A stretch of 62,905 nt of DNA, the filler included, from Octopus bimaculoides (Eukaryota), in the NCBI RefSeq assembly GCF_001194135.2. It is 6 parts of 6 records of this genome, joined end to end, with 100 filler letters (N's around TTAATTAATTAA, not from the genome) between each part and the next. Parts side by side here need not be neighbours in the genome. Positions count along the whole stretch, not along the records: positions 1 to 22,950 come from NC_068987.1; 5 more parts are not named here. One strand, 5' to 3'. This document shows, piece after piece, positions 1 through 13,836 of the stretch (position 1 is its first letter; every line of letters begins with the position of its first letter). The notes beneath the pieces are model-generated. The model was not told where the DNA came from and ran no database searches. It saw only the letters and a list, made by a program, of their open reading frames with translations. The translations under genes and the position numbers were made by a program.

Positions 1-40
<40 letters not shown>

Positions 41-81
41 ACAAACACACACACACACACACACATACACACACACACACA
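1..81. repeat. (CA)n microsatellite
   Basis: Directly visible dinucleotide run. Dozens of similar CA/TA/CATA/GATA/TAA runs occur throughout the window. Confidence 0.98.
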
Positions 82-90
82 CATTTCAAA

Positions 91-569
91 TTGTTAGAAC
101 GAATCGAGCAAAATTGCCTTCGCCGCATTTTAAACATTAGATGGGGCTATTTTACTCCGGACACAGATGTCTTTGCGTCTGCGGGTATCACTTACATTAA
201 ATCAATGATACTGAAGAATCAAATGAGATGGTATGGCTGTTTTTTGGCAAGCTTACAGAGGGGAAACGCAATCGGTATAAGCATAAAAGCAAGTTTAAGG
301 ACGGCATAAGGACTATCCTGAAATCACTTGGAATGGGTTCAAACGCCATAGAAACCATTGCTTCGGATCGAGCAGGATGGCGAACAAAAGTGTGGAGTTG
401 AGTGAAAGCGTTTGAGGAGGCCAGGATAACACATGCAAGATTCAAGAGAATTTTAAAGAAGTATGTTGCGATCGAGATGGCGAATGTCAGTGATCTTTTA
501 GTGTGCACATTTTGTGACAAACCATGCCTTTCTTTTGCTGAGCTCAGACCTCATTTGAGATGTATGTGA
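91..569 (+). mobile_element. RTE-clade LINE, decayed 3' end of the ORF (post-RT region and terminal CxxC..H motif)
   Basis: Translates as LERIEQNCLRRILNIRW...ILKNQMRWYG, then after a frameshift EGKRN..KFKD..ASDRAGWR..CTFCDKPCLSFAELRPHLR. This matches the typical RTE/BovB C-terminus. It contains stops and a frameshift. Confidence 0.85.
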
Positions 570-660
570 TATCTATCTATTTAAATATGTATATATATAC
601 GTAATCATCTATGTATGTGTATGTATATCTGTACGTAAGTGTGTATATATATATTTACAG

Positions 661-1318
661 AGAGGAGAGGTGTCACAGCGCTACCCGTCTGAATTTGTAC
701 CGAGCAGTTGTACTGCCACCTCTACTGTACGCCTATGCGATATGGATAGTTTGTGACCAGAACGCCAAAGAGCTAAACCACTTCCACATGAACAGCTTGA
801 GGAAACTATTGAAGATCAAATGGGAAGACAAGTTCCCAGACACGAAGGTCCTCTCATGAGTTGATAAGCGATTCATTTACGCACTGCTGAGAGGCCAAGT
901 CAGGTGGGCAGGCCACCTTGTTCGAATGTCTGACACGCACCTCTTCAAAAGACTGTTCTGTAGTGAACTAGCGGAAGGCATGCGCATGCAAGTTGAACAG
1001 AAAAAGAGTTTCAAGGACACTAAAGGCGTCATTTTAACAGTCATCCCCGACCCCTAGGATAAACAGGCTCAAGACTGCTCTACCTCATGTAGCATTCACC
1101 TCCTACATACAGGATCACAGGGGCACAAAGCAAACTGCGCCAGTGCAAGACCAATGCCTTGCCTTCAGTTTCTTCAGACACATCCCCCATTGGTCATCCT
1201 GCGGCAGTGCCTTTAGGACCTCGCATCGGACTGATCATCCACAGCCGGGCACACCTTGTCCCATCTTCTTATCCAGTATGAAATCCTTGGTCATCGTCGA
1301 CAACGACAGACGAACAAA
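661..1318 (+). mobile_element. RTE-clade LINE 3' fragment (second, distinct copy)
   Basis: Translates as RLNLYRAVVLPPLLYAY...LNHFHMNSLRKLLKIKWEDKFPDTKVL, then QVRWAGHLVRMSD..LFKRLFCSELAEG..KKSFKDT. It ends in ggtcatcgtcgacaacgacagacgaac, an RTE-like terminus. Confidence 0.9.
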
Positions 1319-1332
1319 GATTCATTGTATGC

Positions 1333-1365
<33 letters not shown>

Positions 1366-1474
1366 CACACACCCATACTCACACACACACACGCATACAC
1401 ACATAAACACACGCACGCACACACACACATACACACACATTCATATATATATGTATGCATGTATATGTTTGTGT

Positions 1475-1690
1475 GTGTGTGTCTGTGTTTGTCTCCCCAC
1501 CATCGCTTGACAACCGGTGTTGGTGTGTTTGCGTCTCCGTAACTTAGCGGTTCGGCACAAGAGACCGATAGAATAAGTACTAGGCTTACAAAAGTAAGTC
1601 CTGGGCGGAGGCGATATGTTCGACTAAAGGTGGTGCTCCAGCATGGCCGCAGTCAAATGATTGAAACAAGTAAAATAATAAAAGAATATA
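1475..1690 (+). mobile_element. SINE family A, 3' half
   Basis: Same body and tail as the full copy at 42413-42833 (gtaacttagcggttcggc...gataGAATAAGTACTAGGCTTAC...ccagcatggccgcagtcaaatgattgaaacaagtaaaa). Confidence 0.9.
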
Positions 1691-3337
1691 TATTTATATA
1701 CGTATGTATGTATTAGTGCTCTCGCGCGTTTATGTGTCTGCAAGTTAGTGCGTATGTGTGCTTATGTGTGTATCCAAATTTCATTCTTTCTTTACCTTTT
1801 ATAATGATTTTCTTTGTTTTCCATGTTCTTCTCTCATTTTACCTTATTATACCTCCTCCACTTTCCCGCATAGAGATATTCATATTTTCAAAGCTTAGAC
1901 CAAATTCAGTACTGAGTGATCAGATCACCGGTAAAGGACATTATAGTTGTTACACTTACGTCATACGTTTGGACAGAGTATTCGAGAAGACATTAACTAA
2001 ACTGCAATTTGTTTTTTACAATTGTGTGTCATTTGAGGAACATTCGGCTGCTATTTCGATCCAAATAATGAACCATATGGAAATTACCTCGCCCCCTTGG
2101 TGTTTTTCTTGCTTAACACTACAGCAGTTATGATTAAATGGAGCTATAATTAACAATTTCCGAATTGCGATCATTTCACCACTTGTTCAATTATAATCTC
2201 CATAAAACAAGCTTATACAATGTAATCTCATTTATAATTAGTAAAAACAATAGGGTGACAGCTAATTGCCTTCTATCAATAGCAGCTCGAGCAACTACAA
2301 GACTCGATGGTGACTTCTTTCTAATGATCAAAAGAGCTGCTTCTCTCATTTCGAAAAAGACCATCTATGAGCTTTGTTACACCGAGACATATCAGAAAAT
2401 ATAAAGTACTGCAGATTTTGATTAATTATTTCCCAATAATTTTCTTGTAGAATAAACGAAATTAAACATTACATCAGCAATGAAAAAACTCAATAAACCT
2501 AGTTTAAGCCATGCATCTTTTCACTACATTTTATTTCATTGTAATCACTGGCCATATATACCAGTTTAAGGGATAAGTGAAAAACATGCGGTGTTCCACT
2601 GTGAATTGTTAACAGTTAGTATGTATTAACAACAATGACTTCTAGGGAGATCTGGCAACAATTACTAAGAGGCCGGGACACAAGAATACAACTTCTGTTT
2701 GATCTCTTTCAGGGAGTAAATAATTTTGTATGCCGCTTCATTTCACACAAATCAAAATATTGCATAAAACACATAGGAGAGCTATAAATTTAACGAGAAA
2801 ATAGTGATGGTTGTTGAAGTGTTGTTAACGTCTTACTTCAATTCATATTTCTAATCAAAAATACTGACAGAGAAATACGATATAATGAAACCATATTTGT
2901 TGCACATTAGCACTTATCCATTCACATCATTCTCGGACGCTACATCAAATCATATTTGTATATAGTAATCAAATCATGATAGTGATATGGTTTCCCTTGA
3001 TTGTGCATACATTCTGCTGCTCAGGTTACACAATTTATACCTCTCCCAATGACAGATTCATTGAAAGGCATAGAAGACAATATTTCAATGGATATAAACT
3101 AGGTAGATGCAATATAAAGCCAAAAAGGAAAACTTAATTGGTCAATAGTTGTGTGAATGGGGGAGTAAAAGCACCTATATTGCTAGATATATTAGTTAAA
3201 ACTACTATTGTATGAAGCACAGAATATAGATATATACTGACAGTGGAGATAACCGTCCCTTGAACGACTCTAGAGATTATTAGACACTTGGCTATATGTA
3301 TATATAAATATATCTTTACCATATTTCCCCTGTCAGA

Positions 3338-3380
<43 letters not shown>

Positions 3381-4273
3381 NNNNNNNNNNNNNNNNNNNN
3401 NNNNNNNNNNNNNNNNNNNNNNNNNNNNNNNNNNNNNNNNNNNNNNNNNNNNNNNNNNNNNNNNNNNNNNNNNNNNNNNNNNNNNNNNNNNNNNNNNNNN
3501 NNNNNNNNNNNNNNNNNNNNNNNNNNNNNNNNNNNNNNNNNNNNNNNNNNNNNNNNNNNNNNNNNNNNNNNNNNNNNNNNNNNNNNNNNNNNNNNNNNNN
3601 NNNNNNNNNNNNNNNNNNNNNNNNNNNNNNNNNNNNNNNNNNNNNNNNNNNNNNNNNNNNNNNNNNNNNNNNNNNNNNNNNNNNNNNNNNNNNNNNNNNN
3701 NNNNNNNNNNNNNNNNNNNNNNNNNNNNNNNNNNNNNNNNNNNNNNNNNNNNNNNNNNNNNNNNNNNNNNNNNNNNNNNNNNNNNNNNNNNNNNNNNNNN
3801 NNNNNNNNNNNNNNNNNNNNNNNNNNNNNNNNNNNNNNNNNNNNNNNNNNNNNNNNNNNNNNNNNNNNNNNNNNNNNNNNNNNNNNNNNNNNNNNNNNNN
3901 NNNNNNNNNNNNNNNNNNNNNNNNNNNNNNNNNNNNNNNNNNNNNNNNNNNNNNNNNNNNNNNNNNNNNNNNNNNNNNNNNNNNNNNNNNNNNNNNNNNN
4001 NNNNNNNNNNNNNNNNNNNNNNNNNNNNNNNNNNNNNNNNNNNNNNNNNNNNNNNNNNNNNNNNNNNNNNNNNNNNNNNNNNNNNNNNNNNNNNNNNNNN
4101 NNNNNNNNNNNNNNNNNNNNNNNNNNNNNNNNNNNNNNNNNNNNNNNNNNNNNNNNNNNNNNNNNNNNNNNNNNNNNNNNNNNNNNNNNNNNNNNNNNNN
4201 NNNNNNNNNNNNNNNNNNNNNNNNNNNNNNNNNNNNNNNNNNNNNNNNNNNNNNNNNNNNNNNNNNNNNNNNN

Positions 4274-4418
4274 NGGAGGAGGAGGAGAAGAAGAAGAAGA
4301 AGAAGAAGAAGAAGAAGAAGGAGGCGGAGGAGGAGGAGGAAGAGAAGAAGAAGAAGAAGAAGAAGAAGAAGAAGAAGAAGAAGAAGAAGAAGAAGAAGAA
4401 GAAGAAGAAGAAGAAGAA
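4274..4418. repeat. (GAA/GGA)n trinucleotide tract at a gap edge
   Basis: Directly visible. Confidence 0.95.
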
Positions 4419-4459
4419 CAGCATGCCCTTTTGACTCACGAATAGTCAAGAACGAAGGC

Positions 4460-4771
4460 GAGACCGGCATGGAAAATGAAGAAGGTGAAGATAGGGCCGA
4501 TTATTGTTGGGTCCTTGGGAACAGTATCAGAAGGCATTAAGCGGAATATAAAGGAAATTGGAATAGATTACCCAGTATAATTGTTCTTATAAAAGGTTTG
4601 CCTCCTTGGGACTACCAGAATAATCAGGAAAGTACTAGGTAGCTAAAAAGAACGAATAGCACGGTACCGTAGGCTGCAGGTAGTAAGCCCGCTATGCAAG
4701 CAAGATTTCAGGAGCTTCAACAAAACTTGTGATAAAGAGAAAATAATAATAATAATAAAAATAATAATAAT

Positions 4772-4812
<41 letters not shown>
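4460..4812 (+). mobile_element. R4/Dong-type (RLE) LINE, extreme 3' end with (TAA)n tail
   Basis: Translates as WKMKKVKIGPIIVGSLGTVSEGIKRNIKEIG...LLGTTRIIRKVLG*, the end of the restriction-like endonuclease domain. A short 3' UTR and (AAT)n at about 4742-4812 follow. Confidence 0.8.
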
Positions 4813-4816
<4 letters not shown>

Positions 4817-5030
4817 TTCAAATTTTGTCACAAGGGTAGCAATTTGGCGGGAGGCGATAAGTCGATTACATCGACCCCAGTGTTCATCTGCTACTTATTT
4901 TATCGACCTCGAAAGGAGGAAACGCAAAGTCAACCTCGACGGAATTTGAACTCAGAATGTAGCGACGGGCGAAATACTGTTGCGCACATCATTCAACGTG
5001 TTAATGATTCTTCCAGCTCACCGCCTAAAT
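4813..5030 (-). mobile_element. SINE family B (tRNA-derived head)
   Basis: gtcgattacatcgaccccagtg...cgaaaggaggaaacgcaaagtcaacctcgacggaatttgaactcagaa is the reverse complement of the family consensus seen at 45735-46352. The B-box-like GAGTTCAAATTCC lies on the minus strand. Confidence 0.88.
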
Positions 5031-6505
5031 ACAAATAACTTTATGGATTTACAACTCAATACTTTTAGATGTTTAAATAAAAGAAATCAAGAACATTATG
5101 TCATACCGACGTGTTTTTTACATAAAAAACACGTTCTAATACTCCTGTCTTACCTCAAACAACTTATGAAATTCGGACAATCTTATTTATACATTAATCT
5201 ATATTTCGTAACATTGGCCCTCTCCTTCATCCCCGCCATTTAATTTGTAAATTGGAACAAGGTTGGTTATGTTTAAGTAAATACTTAATTAGTACGCAGT
5301 TTATTGACGAAGAACAGATGGAAGCCAACACTGAATCCAATCGTATTTGAACATTAAACGGAAACAGACGCAACTAAATGCTGCAAGACATAGCCATGAT
5401 GCATTTCGAGCATATTTGATCTCACTTTCGCATTTTAATGCTGTAATTATTAAGTAACATTTCATGCAATTAACTGATTAACATGCTGAGCATGTCTTAC
5501 AGTAATTTAAATTTCCTTACGCTACGCCAAGGGTGGGAACGGATTTACTACCAAGGGGAAAATATAATTGCATAAGAAACAGTGGAAGCCGTATCTGCAC
5601 TGAGAGAGAGAAAATTGTGTACTTTTAATGTTAGAAGTTCATAGATATGCAATTAATTTTAGATACTATTTTGCTGTTAAGGTTTAATTTGTCATTGTTA
5701 TAAGGGTTTTAACAACCCATATAACAAGTTATACGGTTACGTATTTGAACTTTGATTCTAGGTAAAATTTTGATGCGGATGTTAGTCCCATCACATGCTG
5801 TACACTAACAGATATTCAAAATGTTTACAAAGTCTCTCGATCGTTAATTGTTCTGCAAAGAATTTTGAGCTTGCAATTTACTGAAGATACAAAGTACGAA
5901 TTCGGTATCTATAAAGAAGAATGTATTATGAGTCATATTCTAATATCATTTTCTTTCCTTTTTCTCCTTCTTAAATATTACATCGCATTTGGTTTTATTT
6001 TGGCTTCTTAATGGTCTAGCTACTAAATCTGCTTTCAGCCACTTGGAAATTCTTTACGCTCTGTCCTGCTACATTGAACACATTTTCAAATCCCACAATA
6101 ATCGATTTGTTTGATTCTCATGCTCAGATTGCGTTCTGTAATATTCTTTTAAACATATACGCAAAACTACATGCGCACACGCATACACACGCACATACCC
6201 ACGGGCGTGCAAACGTGCATGCGTACAAATGTATACACAATACATATATATACATATATACAAATGCATATACATATATACAGAAGGATGGGAAAGATAG
6301 AAAGTGAAAAAAGAGAGAAAGAAGATAGAGATATTGGAAAGTAAAGGTTGTTTTCTTTCTGCCTTTGTGTGAATATATTTAGGTGTGCACATGCATACGA
6401 GTACATGTACACATACACGGACAAATTACACACATGTATATATATATATATATATATATATAAATATTTACACACTCATACATACATTCATACATTACAT
6501 ACATT

Positions 6506-6536
<31 letters not shown>

Positions 6537-6557
6537 GCATACATACATTCATTTAAA

Positions 6558-6935
6558 TAGCAAAGTTGGCATGGCCCGCAGAATGTGTTCTTGAATCCTC
6601 AGAACTTTCCAGTCGAAAGGTATCCACACCATTATCCTTCTCTTCTCTACTTTTACCTGACCCCACCTTGAATACTGTTGTCCACTGTGGTTTCCCCGAA
6701 ACAAGGTATCATGAAAATTGAAGCACCTCAAAGCTCAAATACAAAAAAAGATAAATGGCATGACATGTCTTGTCTATTGGGGTTGACTAAAAAAGCTCAA
6801 GCTTTATTCTACCCAACGCCACCGTAATCGCTATATCATGTGCATGGTATGGAAAATATTCCATCAGCATTGCCCAAATAATGTTGGCATCGCCTTTAAG
6901 ATGCACCCAAGACTTGGACCCGCCCTCTACGTAAA
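6558..6935 (+). mobile_element. CR1/L2-group LINE RT C-terminal fragment
   Basis: Translates as KVGMARRMCS*ILRTFQS...PHLEYCCPLWFP...KKINGM..YWG*LKKLKLYSTQRHRNRYIMCMVWKI, the classic CR1 'RPHLEYC..VWSP...RLK.L.LYSL.RRR' motif. Confidence 0.85.
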
Positions 6936-7047
6936 TCATACTCGCATCACATAACAATAATACGGCACAATTATTTCACCACAGTTGTGTGTGTGTGTGT
7001 ATGTGTAAATATACATATACAGAGAGAATAATTAAACTGTTAAGAAT

Positions 7048-7173
7048 TTAATAAAACAAGAGTATAGATATGGTAAATTGGTTAAAACTTTTAATCGCTG
7101 TTTATGTGGTAGACTTGAAATTGTAAATAAATATGGGTTAGTGTCTAGTCTTCAACTTCGCAAATATTTGTAA
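7048..7173 (+). mobile_element. Possible Penelope-like RT C-terminal relic
   Basis: LIKQEYRYGKLVKTFNR...IVNKYG resembles the 'KLL.QGY....L.K.F.KF......L+.KY' tail of PLE-type RT proteins. The match is short and from recall only. Confidence 0.35.
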
Positions 7174-8439
7174 AGATTTGTAATGTTTACGATTCAAGTT
7201 ATATGCTTACTACGTCACCACTATTGTTTGAGACAATTGAGGAAGTGATAATTACGTGCTATGTCACCTACAGTTAAGATAATCTTTTAAGTTATAGAAG
7301 TGATGAACCATGTGTACATAGTAGTTTTATTATCTTTTAAACGGTTTTAATTTAGCTTTAATCGTAGCAAAGTTTTATAAGCATACTTTTATTAATTCCT
7401 ATTTATATTTTTATTTTAATAGTTACTGGTGAGTTTACATTATAGCTTGTATTAAGAGTATGTAGTGTCTTATTATTAACTTTTGAATTATGAAATAATG
7501 CATTTGGAGAGAATTGAAATAAAGTTTTCACTTTCTGTTATTATAGTTGTAACTATGGAAGACTGGTGGAATTATTATTTGTATGGACGTTAAGATTGCT
7601 CGCTATTTAGTATATAATTTAGTTACTCTAGGTTTACTATTAATACCGATACAGATATACATAGATTTGTGTGTTTCTTGTACTTTAATTTTAAAGTTAG
7701 CATTTAATCCTGCCTATATTTGATTGAATACTGCTATGCATAGCGTAAATGTCTTTGACAGTTGTGTGTTTTGTTTTTTGATATGTTTCTTACCAAACAA
7801 CACTTCTTTTAGTGCTGCTGTCACCGTATATGTGAAATAGTGTATAACATATCCTTTTGATATATATATATATATANNNNNNNNNNNNNNNNNNNNNNNN
7901 NNNNNNNNNNNNNNNNNNNNNNNNNNNNNNNNNNNNNNNNNNNNNNNNNNNNNNNNNNNNNNNNNNNNNNNNNNNNNNNNNNNNNNNNNNNNNNNNNNNN
8001 NNNNNNNNNNNNATATATGTATATATATAATGTACGCACATTACACATTTATTTATATATGCATGTAGATATATGTCTGCGTACGTCTGTGTGTGTGTGT
8101 GTGTGTGTAAGTGTGTGTGTGTATGTGTGTGTGTATGTGTGTGTGTGTGTGTGTGTATGTGTGTGTGCTCGTCTGTGCTTACATATACGCAATGATGCAC
8201 AATTGAGTGTAAAGTATACATGTATACTTTTGTACTAATGTACTGATCAATTTCATCCTACTATTGTTTTGTTTTTCATTTCCTTGGATAGTATCCTAAC
8301 ACATCTATTCCTTGCATTGTTTTAAATTATTTTAGTATTTTTGGCTGTCTCGGTCTCACTCTGCCGATTTATATACAATATTTGCTGCACATATACAAAA
8401 ATACACAACTTGCCCACCTGATAGGATTATCTAAGTCCT

Positions 8440-9015
8440 TTTTTAAGTCAGGTCTTGTAGTATCATGGTCCATTCAAGTAGGGAGTTCTTGTTGGGTGAG
8501 TTGTATCCACGTATGGATGGCTTATCTAGTATTCCTTGAAAGAATTTGTCCCGACTCCGTTTAAATGTGATGGAATCCTTTTCCTCTTTGATCCATTTTG
8601 GGACAATGTTAAACAGGGCAGGGCCTGTTGAGGAAAAGAAGTTGTGTGGCAGTGTACCTATATGTTGTGATCCTGAATTGAACAGAGAACGTATGGCCCG
8701 TGGTCCAGCCTTGAATGAACCTTGAAGTTAATGTTCAGTTTTTTGGGGCAATGCTGGCAGTATATTCTCCACGTGGTGCAAATGGTGAACCGCTCGCGGC
8801 GGCGCTGGTGAGGGTAGAGTTTCAAGGCTTTAGGCTAGTCCCAGTAATCGAGATCAGTCATGCTCTTCATTCGTTTAGTGAAAGCCTTCTGGGAGGATTC
8901 AATGTTCGAGATGTTTTGTTTTGTATGGGGAGACGACAGGGGGCAAGCAGTATTCAAGCTGTGCCCGTACAAAGGAGAAAAGTGGAATGGTGACACATTG
9001 CTCTTTGGACCGAGT
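8440..9015 (-). mobile_element. CR1/L2-group LINE 3' fragment
   Basis: The minus strand reads LFSFVRAQLEYC..SPYK...FTKRMKSMTDLDYWD*PKALKLYPHQRRRERF..WRIYCQHCP. It is the same family as 6558-6935, in the opposite orientation. Confidence 0.85.
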
Positions 9016-9264
9016 AGCTAATTTGCAATTTTACAAACTAAAAGTTGAAATGCATACGTCACTAAAGTGAACAAGGTCACTAACCAGCAACAGTATTGCT
9101 AGAAATAAGAATCAAAACAACTCAATAACCGTAAAAACATACATACATACATACATATACACACACANNNNNNNNNNNNNNNNNNNNNNNNNNNNNNNNN
9201 NNNNNNNNNNNNNNNNNNNNNNNNNNNNNNATATATATATATATATGCATACGCACACACACAT

Positions 9265-9298
<34 letters not shown>

Positions 9299-9622
9299 GT
9301 ATATGATTATGTATATACTAACCAAAGTAAATGAGCCATGTCCAGGTTCAACATATATATATGTATATGTACGTGTGTATGTATGTATGTTTGTATGTAT
9401 ATATATTTCAATGAATAATGCATTAGACATGGACAGACGTGGTGTTTTTACACATTTTGAACACAAGAAAGTTTTGTTCCACAGTAACTGCAGTTCATTT
9501 GCAGTTGAAATATATCAACTGCTAATATATATATCACAAGCATATTTCAACTCATCTACTTTTCGCTTATGCCTAAACACCGCTTGGCGTTGATGCTGCT
9601 GTATGTATACATACATACATGC

Positions 9623-9701
<79 letters not shown>

Positions 9702-10533
9702 AATATAGTTAAAACTTACTGTATAAAGGTTAACGCGTGCGTTATGGGCATATATGTCTATGTATGTCAGTATGTATAGCGAGATAGATAGATAAATGCT
9801 TTCCTTCACTCTCACTGTCCTTTCTTACAGCTGGTACGTCCATGCATGTATGTGTGTGGTTCGCGTCTGCGTGTAAGTGCGTGCCTGTTTTGCTGAAATC
9901 CGTTTTTCATTACATATGGATCATTTTCTCTGATTCTCTTTACTTACTACCTTTCTTTGTCTCTTTCTTTCTACCTTTCTTACTACCTTTCTTTCTCACT
10001 TAGCATAATCTTTATAATTTCTTATACAAGCGTAAAACCACAAATCTCGCAAGCGCACACGCATAAACAAACGCAAAGACACACGCATACACACGAATCT
10101 ATCTAAGAAAGCATTTAAGCTCAACAACTCCTTGTCCTCGCGACCCGTGTCTTCCTATACCTACTTTTTATTATGCCGTTCCTTTCTCGTCTTCATCCCT
10201 TTATCCTTTAGCATGACAAATTACCGTTTAAAGTGAAAAATATATAATTAGAATTAGAATGCAATATTTTTTTTTTTTTTGCTCTCGACACCACCACTAC
10301 AAGCCCCAAACGCACTCAAAGCCATCAATATCCCAAATGCATTAGAACTACTCATCAGTTACATCAACACTACTCCTTGTAATCTCTATATACAGTTCGT
10401 TTCCAGCTTGCCTAAATGCTTTCCTTTCTCGTCGCTTATCTCAATCGTTTATCCTTTTCCAAAGATTAAACTATACGCACACGCACATATGCACACAAGT
10501 TCCTGTATATATATATGTGTGTTTGTGTGTATT

Positions 10534-10585
<52 letters not shown>

Positions 10586-10777
10586 TGTATATATATATGT
10601 ATCTATAAATATGTATGTATATATATATGTATACATATGCATGCGTATATATATATATTTATATATATATATATGTATATATGAATGTATATATAGATTC
10701 ATATTTATACATATCATATAATTGCATAGACATATATGCACATATACATATATCTATATATAACATAAGACAGACAG

Positions 10778-10796
10778 ACAGACAGAAAGACAGACT

Positions 10797-10835
<39 letters not shown>

Positions 10836-10892
10836 TGATAGATAGATAGATAGATGGATGGATGGATGGATGGATGGACGGATAGATGGATA
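10778..10892. repeat. Compound (GACA)/(GATA)/(GATG) tetranucleotide microsatellite
   Basis: Directly visible. Confidence 0.95.
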
Positions 10893-10968
10893 GCTGTCAT
10901 CATTTCAATTAACTTTTACATTCAATTATAGTAGTAGCTGCTACTATCTCTTATCGCATTCTCACACA

Positions 10969-11019
<51 letters not shown>

Positions 11020-11899
11020 AGACAGCCTTGCATACACACACCCTCACATACACACAAACACACTACGCACTTTATCTCTTCAAACTTATAATTTTCCGAA
11101 AATTGTTCATTTGTTCTTTGCACAATTTTTTAACGCCTTCTTTATTTTTCTTCGAGATCATTCCTTCTTCTTGTTCTTTATCTCGCCTATCGTTTTCATC
11201 ATATTTGTTTACTGTGTTTTCGTCTCTTATTGTTCTTATTGTAATTGCTTTCCTTTTTCTTATCCTGTTGCTGCTGCTGCTGTTGTTATTGCTGTTGTTG
11301 TTGTTGTTGTTCTTCTTCTTCTTCTTCTTCTTCTTCTTCTTCTTCTTCTNNNNNNNNNNNNNNNNNNNNNNNNNNNNNNNNNNNNNNNNNNNNNNNNNNN
11401 NNNNNNNNNNNNNNNNNNNNNNNNNNNNNNNNNNNNNNNNNNNNNNNNNNNNNNNNNNNNNNNNNNNNNNNNNNNNNNNNNNNNNNNNNNNNNNNNNNNN
11501 NNNNNNNNNNNNNNNNNNNNNNNNNNNNNNNNNNNNNNNNNNNNNNNNNNNNNNNNNNNNNNNNNNNNNNNNNNNNNNNNNNNNNNNNNNNNNNNNNNNN
11601 NNNNNNNNNNNNNNNNNNNNNNNNNNNNNNNNNNNNNNNNNNNNNNNNNNNNNNNNNNNNNNNNNNNNNNNNNNNNNNNNNNNNNNNNNNGTCATTATCA
11701 TTAGAGTCGTGACGACTGATCTACAGCCACCGTAATCGTTAGTGCTATTGTCATCATCATCACCAACATCAGCGTCACCATTACCATCATAGGCAATATC
11801 ATTAACATTATTATTGTGTTAAAATGTTTTTAATATTATTCCACCTCCTCCTATTACTACTACCATTACTACCACTACTACTGCTGCTGGTGCTGCAAG

Positions 11900-11954
<55 letters not shown>

Positions 11955-12028
11955 CCTCCTTCTCCTACTACTACTACTTCTACTGTTAGATTAATATCAG
12001 TAGTGGATGTAACAGCAAGTGCAGCTAC

Positions 12029-12059
<31 letters not shown>

Positions 12060-13128
12060 AGATTAGTTGTGTTAGTCCACTTAGCGTTTTGCTTTTTCCT
12101 TCTTAAGTCTTGTGGTTCTACTTAAAATACTACTCCACCCTTCCCTCTTCATTCATATTTCTATTTCCTGTGCAATATGGCCGCCACTTTTTACTGCACT
12201 GTTCTTGCGTTTGTTAGTGCTTATTTTATCTTCATTTTATTTTCTTCGATAATTTAATCCCATTGTCATTATCTTTGAGATTCTTCATTTTCGAGAGGAA
12301 AATAAATAAAATTCCATGCTACAGCGGTCTTTGACATTGAAATAGTTAAAGAGATAAATAGCTAAAATATATACAAAAATTCCTATAATTAATTATGCAC
12401 TAAACACTGTTGATTCTCTGCTCTATTTGCAGATTTGCGCAGAATAAACTTTTTGGGGGTTACATATACCATGGCTCACCACCTTTCCTCTCCGTTGCGT
12501 TTTCTGACTATTCTTTTCATTTCACTAATCTCCCTCCTCTTGTCTTGTCCACCCCTCCTTTATTACCTTCCTTTTTCTCTACTATCACTTCTATCTTGTT
12601 TTACTTTTTTTCTTTCTTTCTATCTCCCCACTTTCTCCCTTTACTCTGCTTCCATCTTTGCCTCAGTTTTTTTTTCTTTACTCTTCAACTACTTGTTTTC
12701 TTTCTTTCCCCTTCAAGTTTAGCACCACGAAACCATCCCATTAATTCTTTCACTTTTCTTTCTTTGCTTGAGTCATGCTTCTCTAGTATTCTCACTTCCG
12801 CCTTTCCTTCAATTCCGGGTTCATCGTATTCCACCTTTCGTCCTATCCTTCGCTCCAGCACTCTGTCTCTTCACTTTCCATCTCAAGTCCTATATGACAT
12901 CATTTTCCAATGTTTAACTTCTACACATGCCCTTAGCTCTCATCCAGTTGTACGGCCTCTGTGTCGTTTGTATATTCACATTCGTGCCAACTACGGGTGT
13001 CGTGTTTATTTACGCTATCGTCATTTACATTCACTTATCAACTCATTATTTGAAGCAGCATTTTGCTGTTAACGCCACCAATATGAACAATATTATCATT
13101 AAAAGCATGCAATTGTTATTATATTTGG

Positions 13129-13165
<37 letters not shown>

Positions 13166-13309
13166 CTTTCATTTTCTACTTGTTTCAATCATTAGACTGC
13201 AGCCATACTTGGACACCAACTTGAAGAAAATTCAGCCGAAATCAATTAAACCCACCAATTTTTTTAAACCTTGTATATAAATCGAAATTTTGTGCCGAAC
13301 AGCTATGTC

Positions 13310-13399
13310 ATGGATACGTAAATACACCAGCACCGGTTGTCAAGCAGAGGTGAGAGAAGAAACAGACACAGGGACACGCCCGTACACACACACACGCAT

Positions 13400-13461
<62 letters not shown>

Positions 13462-13640
13462 ACAGATGTGACTGTGTGTATACGACGGCCTTCAAGTTTT
13501 CATCTACCAGATCGATTCACAAAGCCTTGGTCGATCCGAAGCCACTGTATAAGACACTTACCTAAGTTATCACGCAATAGGACTGAACTCGAAACCATGT
13601 TGTTAGGAAGCAAGCTTCTTACCACATACTACACATTTGT
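13310..13640 (-). mobile_element. SINE family A, diverged copy with internal (CA)n
   Basis: accagcaccggttgtcaagc...(CA)n...tatacgacggccttc...ggactgaactcgaaaccatgttgttaggaagcaagcttcttaccac is the reverse complement of family A. Confidence 0.85.
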
Positions 13641-13836
13641 ATCTAATCGACCTCGAAATGATGAAAGACAAAGTCGACCTCAGTAGAATTTGAATATCAG
13701 AACGGAAAGGGGGACAAAATGTCGTTAGGCATTTTGCCTGGAATCCTAACGATTCTGCTGTCTCGCAGTAATATATTGATACTAAATGTATGTAACGCTG
13801 CACAACCGATTCCTTCAGTTTCCATATGTAGACTTC

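Noticed and set aside
3288-4470. Long ORFs of 200-385 aa here and at 11028, 18420, 32433, 47592 and 56427
   Set aside because: They run through N gaps and microsatellites and are not coding.
12410-13072. 220-aa Phe/Ser/Leu-rich ORF that looks like a membrane protein
   Set aside because: It is a pyrimidine-rich low-complexity tract that avoids stops by composition. It has a TTG start and no motif.
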